A DNA stretch of 13,403 nucleotides from a virus: IMG/VR virus record IMGVR_UViG_3300006072_001582; one strand, written 5' to 3'. This document shows, piece by piece, positions 12,869 to 13,403 of this stretch. Numbering within the stretch: position 1 is the stretch's first letter; the number at the start of each line of letters is the position of its first letter. A program made the position numbers and the translations under genes. The notes beneath the pieces were generated by a model. The model made no database searches, had not been told where the DNA came from, and worked only from the letters and a program-made list of their open reading frames with translations.

Positions 12869-13400
12869 GGTATATGCCGCAGGACAAGACCCAACAAAGT
12901 ATGTACCAGGTGACTTCATCCTGGTTTCATCTAAGGGCATTCTAGCTAAGTTCATTCGTTTTGGTCAATTCATCCGTTACCACGGAAAGATGAAGCCTTT
13001 TGCTCATTGGAACCATGCAGCTATGATCATCGATGAAGGTGGAACCATCGTTGAGGCTGTTGGCCGTGGTGTTATCGTAAGCAACATTAGTGAATACAAA
13101 GACGTAGAGTATTACTACGTTACAACAAAGCTTAACAAGCAAAGCCGTGATCAAACGGTTTCTGCTTGCAAGAGCTTCATTAAGGATAAGTATGGTTTCC
13201 TAACCATCTTGAGTATTGCCTTGGAGTTGCTGACTGGTATTAAGATGCAGTTCACAAATAGCAACACCATGATTTGTAGTGCCGTAGTAGCACAATCCTT
13301 GTGGGCAGGCGGCATTGTATTCGACCGCAACCCTTACCAAATGATGCCAGCTGATCTTGCTGCTTCTTTCAATATTTTGACAGAATTGCCAAATAATTGA
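12852..13400 (+). CDS. putative permuted NlpC/P60-superfamily (YiiX/YaeF-like) hydrolase, 182 aa
   Basis: A His motif (FAHWNHAAMIIDEGG) precedes a Cys-Ser motif (NTMICSAVVAQSLWAGG). This is the His-before-Cys order and the C-S dipeptide typical of permuted papain-fold YiiX/YaeF-type proteins. The start overlaps the upstream gene by 17 nt. Confidence 0.45.
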   Translation: MTTTYKVYAAGQDPTKYVPGDFILVSSKGILAKFIRFGQFIRYHGKMKPFAHWNHAAMIIDEGGTIVEAVGRGVIVSNISEYKDVEYYYVTTKLNKQSRDQTVSACKSFIKDKYGFLTILSIALELLTGIKMQFTNSNTMICSAVVAQSLWAGGIVFDRNPYQMMPADLAASFNILTELPNN

Positions 13401-13403
13401 TAA

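Noticed and set aside
1-13403. CRISPR arrays, rRNA genes and transposase or IS elements
   Set aside because: No spacer-interleaved short repeats, no rRNA-like conserved stretches and no transposase-like ORF with terminal inverted repeats were seen. The only exact repeats are the 48-nt leader module and the in-gene 21-nt periodicity.

Overview
The window looks like a phage-type accessory region, though that is inference: genes are densely packed, small, and often joined by overlapping stop/start codons (TAATG or ATGA), many small proteins carry Cys4 zinc-ribbon motifs, and one gene has an HNH-like nuclease motif. The layout is two minus-strand genes (1-120 partial, 200-568) plus a small two-helix membrane protein (678-863), then a 553-bp non-coding strand-switch region (864-1416), then about 20 tightly packed plus-strand genes (1417-13400). 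I found no rRNA, tRNA or CRISPR array. Calls I can support from motifs are:
- a Dps/ferritin-like protein (9721-10242)
- a calcineurin-like metallophosphoesterase (10937-11803)
- a papain-like (C1-type) cysteine peptidase (5205-5933)
- a GNAT acetyltransferase domain fused to a long Pro/Thr/Ser/Gly-rich tail (5933-7012)
- an HNH-like His-rich nuclease (3769-4191)
- a permuted NlpC/P60 (YiiX/YaeF-like) protein (12852-13400)
- an Ala-rich protein with aromatic residues on a 7-residue repeat (200-568)
- a sigma70-like promoter (3331-3360) driving a very acidic Zn-finger protein.
The most interesting candidate system is a run of three translationally coupled paralogous genes (4188-5202) that share only an N-terminal motif, M-(S)-(N)-W-S/K-K/E-R-Y-A-A-E/R, and otherwise diverge completely. 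A weaker copy of the motif sits at the N-terminus of the 1417 gene, and the papain-like peptidase lies immediately downstream. This resembles a family of proteins carrying a shared N-terminal targeting or processing signal, in the way T4 internal proteins carry a capsid-targeting sequence. Also notable is an exact 48-nt leader-plus-start-codon module duplicated in front of two unrelated minus-strand genes. Everything else is hypothetical protein.
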